From Armatimonadota bacterium (GTDB taxonomy: Bacteria > Armatimonadota > Zipacnadia > Zipacnadales > UBA5352): a DNA stretch of 19,100 nt. Of the stretch, positions 17,085 through 19,100 are shown piece by piece. The position numbers and the translations under genes are program-made. Position 1 is the stretch's first letter. Every line of letters starts with the position of its first letter. Location: the NCBI GenBank assembly GCA_034722055.1, contig JAYENL010000100.1:20782-39881 (forward strand). Reading direction: 5' to 3'. The notes below the pieces were generated by a model, which did not search any database, was not told the DNA's origin, and saw nothing but the letters and a program-made list of their open reading frames with translations.

Positions 17085-17137
17085 CCCGCGCAGGGGCGCC
17101 GCCGTTGCCCTGATGAGGCGTCACGGGAGCGAGGCAG

Positions 17138-18931
17138 ATGCCAGAGGAGCTGTTCGAGATCACGGATCGCCCCCGGGAGTTCGTGGCGGGCCAGTTCGTC
17201 ACCGTCACCTTCCGCTACACGGTGGGCGACGAGGGGCTGGCCGAGGGCAGCAAGCTCAAGCTCGGCCTGCCCTCGGCGGGGTGGGGCGAGCCGCTGGTCA
17301 ACCACAAGCGCTACTGGGAGCTGGATCCAGAGGAGCCGCGCAGGTGGCTGCACTACAAGCGCCTCAACACCAGCTTTGAGCTGAAGACCGACACCGAAGC
17401 ATTCCTCGAGCCCTACGCCCGCCACGAGCAGCGGCCCGGCGACGACCGCTGCATGCAGCGGTGGTGGATCACCTTCGAGGTCATCGGGGCGGGCTTCGCA
17501 CCCGGCGATGAGATCACCATCACCTACGGCGACACCACGTGGGGGGAGGCCGGCGGGCGGGTGCAGCCCGTGGTGGAGCCGCGGGGCGACTTCTCCCTCT
17601 TCATCCAGGAGCCGGGCGCGCGGCCGCCCCTCGAGGGGAAGGTCCGTGAGGCGGCTGGCTCGCCGATCTGGATCGAGGTGCTCGCGGGTCCGCCAACGCG
17701 GGCCCTGCTGCGCATGCCGACCATCTCGACGCCCGGCGAGAAGCCGGCGCCGCGGGTCTACACGATGGACCGCTGCTGCAATCCGGCGCGCGGCGCGGCG
17801 CCGGAGATCAACACGCGCGTGCAGCGCCACGGGGACGTGCTGCGGCCGGCGGCGGAGGCATCCGGCATCGACATCGAGACGCAGCCCTCCATCGTGCAGG
17901 AGAGCCCCCGGGAGCGCATCTACTGGGGCGACATCCACGGCAAGACGAGCTTCTCGGGCGATGGTCTGGCGCCGATCGACGAGTACATCCGCTACGCCCG
18001 GGACGTCGCCGGCGCGGACTTCACCTGCGTCACGGACCACTCGGGCTGCAATCGCCCCTCCTGGATCACCACTCAGGAGCGGGCGGCGGAGTACACCGAG
18101 GACGGGCGTTTCGTAGCGCTGAAGGGCTTCGAGTACTCCTACGCGCACGGCCATCGCAACGTCTACTTCGACAACCACGAGATCGAGGACGTGTGGCCTG
18201 GCGAGCGGCTGGACCTGGACCTGCAGCCGGACGGCACGCGCCCGTTCTTCGAGTACCTGCGCACCCGCAGGCACGAGCTGGTGAGCATCCCGCACCACAC
18301 GCTGGTGTGGACCGACTGGGATGTCTACGACCAGGAGCTGGAGCCGATCTGCGAGGTTTACTCAATGTGGGGCTGCTCCGAGCGGCCCATCGGCGAGGGC
18401 ACCCCCCTGTGGGACAAGTCCTGCATCCCGGGTGGGGGCGCGCAGGCCGGCCTGGCGCGCGGCTATCGCTTCGGCTTCATCGCCGCCAGCGACACGCACT
18501 CGGGCCTGCCGGGCCGGCAGCACCCCGACTACTACGGCTTCTGCTTCAGCTACAAGTCGGGCCTGGCCGCCATTCGCGCGCCGGAGCTGACCGCCAAGGC
18601 CCTGGTCGATGCGCTGAAGGCCCGCAACTGCTACGGCACCAGCGGCGCGCGGATCTACCTCGAGTTCGCCGTCAACGGAGAGCGCATGGGCAGCGAGATC
18701 CCGATGAGCCCTGCGCGGATGATCACCGGCCGTGTCGTGGGCACCGCGCCGATCGCCCGCATCGACGTGGTCCGCAACAACGCTGACTGGCGGACGCTCT
18801 CCCCGGACCGCGACGACTTCGAGTTCGAACTGGAGGATCAGGACGGGATCAAGCCCGGCTCCTGGTACTACCTACGGGTGTGGCAGTCGGACGGGGAGAT
18901 GGCCTGGTCGAGCCCGGTGTGGCTGGACTGA
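17138..18931 (+). CDS. PHP-like metallohydrolase (DUF3604 / CehA-McbA-like)
   Basis: YWGDIHGKT..SGDG, VTDH, GFEYS..GHRNV, SIPHH, EVYS.WG.SE, GFIAASDTH, AL.AR..YGTSG.RI and AWSSPVW motifs. GAGG RBS. Confidence 0.85.
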   Translation: MPEELFEITDRPREFVAGQFVTVTFRYTVGDEGLAEGSKLKLGLPSAGWGEPLVNHKRYWELDPEEPRRWLHYKRLNTSFELKTDTEAFLEPYARHEQRPGDDRCMQRWWITFEVIGAGFAPGDEITITYGDTTWGEAGGRVQPVVEPRGDFSLFIQEPGARPPLEGKVREAAGSPIWIEVLAGPPTRALLRMPTISTPGEKPAPRVYTMDRCCNPARGAAPEINTRVQRHGDVLRPAAEASGIDIETQPSIVQESPRERIYWGDIHGKTSFSGDGLAPIDEYIRYARDVAGADFTCVTDHSGCNRPSWITTQERAAEYTEDGRFVALKGFEYSYAHGHRNVYFDNHEIEDVWPGERLDLDLQPDGTRPFFEYLRTRRHELVSIPHHTLVWTDWDVYDQELEPICEVYSMWGCSERPIGEGTPLWDKSCIPGGGAQAGLARGYRFGFIAASDTHSGLPGRQHPDYYGFCFSYKSGLAAIRAPELTAKALVDALKARNCYGTSGARIYLEFAVNGERMGSEIPMSPARMITGRVVGTAPIARIDVVRNNADWRTLSPDRDDFEFELEDQDGIKPGSWYYLRVWQSDGEMAWSSPVWLD

Positions 18932-18948
18932 CGGCGACGCGACGAGCC

Positions 18949-18968
18949 GCTCGGCCTGGAAGCCGAGC
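18949..18968. terminator. Hairpin between convergent genes
   Basis: GCTCGGC-ctggaa-GCCGAGC. There is no clear U-tract. Confidence 0.25.
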
Positions 18969-19042
18969 TGCGCCGAAAAGAGCCGTCGCACCCATTCATC
19001 GTCAGCTCGCCGCGCGCAGCGTGGAGCCGCCGTCCGCCCCTC

Positions 19043-19100
19043 TCACATCAGGTCCAGGCAGGCCAGCGCCTCCGTGTTGCGGATGATGAGCTTGCCGTCG
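19043..19100 (-). CDS. 3' end of a PQQ-like beta-propeller protein (gene enters from the right edge)
   Basis: Reads ...DGKLIIRNTEALACLDLM*, matching the typical DG.L.IR.....L.C.DL C-terminus. Only 18 codons are visible. Confidence 0.55.
   Translation of the reverse strand, partial: DGKLIIRNTEALACLDLM

Overview
High-GC bacterial window of about 19 kb. The Firmicutes-like housekeeping genes mixed with large secreted carbohydrate-type proteins suggest an Armatimonadota-like lineage, but this is inference only. Plus strand, in order: dtd, a TPR protein, an MBL-fold hydrolase and a GH42-like glycoside hydrolase. Next is a tightly coupled operon: SPOR protein, deoB, pyrimidine-nucleoside phosphorylase, a membrane protein, a metallophosphoesterase, a PqqD/RRE protein with an 8-Cys RING-like tail, and a universal stress protein. 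Minus strand: cob(I)alamin adenosyltransferase, a membrane protein, and a rearranged segment (13.0-14.45 kb). In that segment a REP-associated tyrosine (HUH/Y1) transposase lies between two structured 127/143-bp direct repeats that each carry its RBS and first four codons. It is wedged between the 5' fragment of one gene and the 3' fragment of another. The window ends with a DUF4838-like protein, a PHP/DUF3604-like metallohydrolase and the 3' end of a PQQ-like beta-propeller gene. At the left edge a sigma70 promoter is overlapped by two tandem TACTAC-N5-GTAGT(A/T) operators. No rRNA, tRNA or CRISPR array was seen. All family calls come from motif recognition by eye; no database searches were run.
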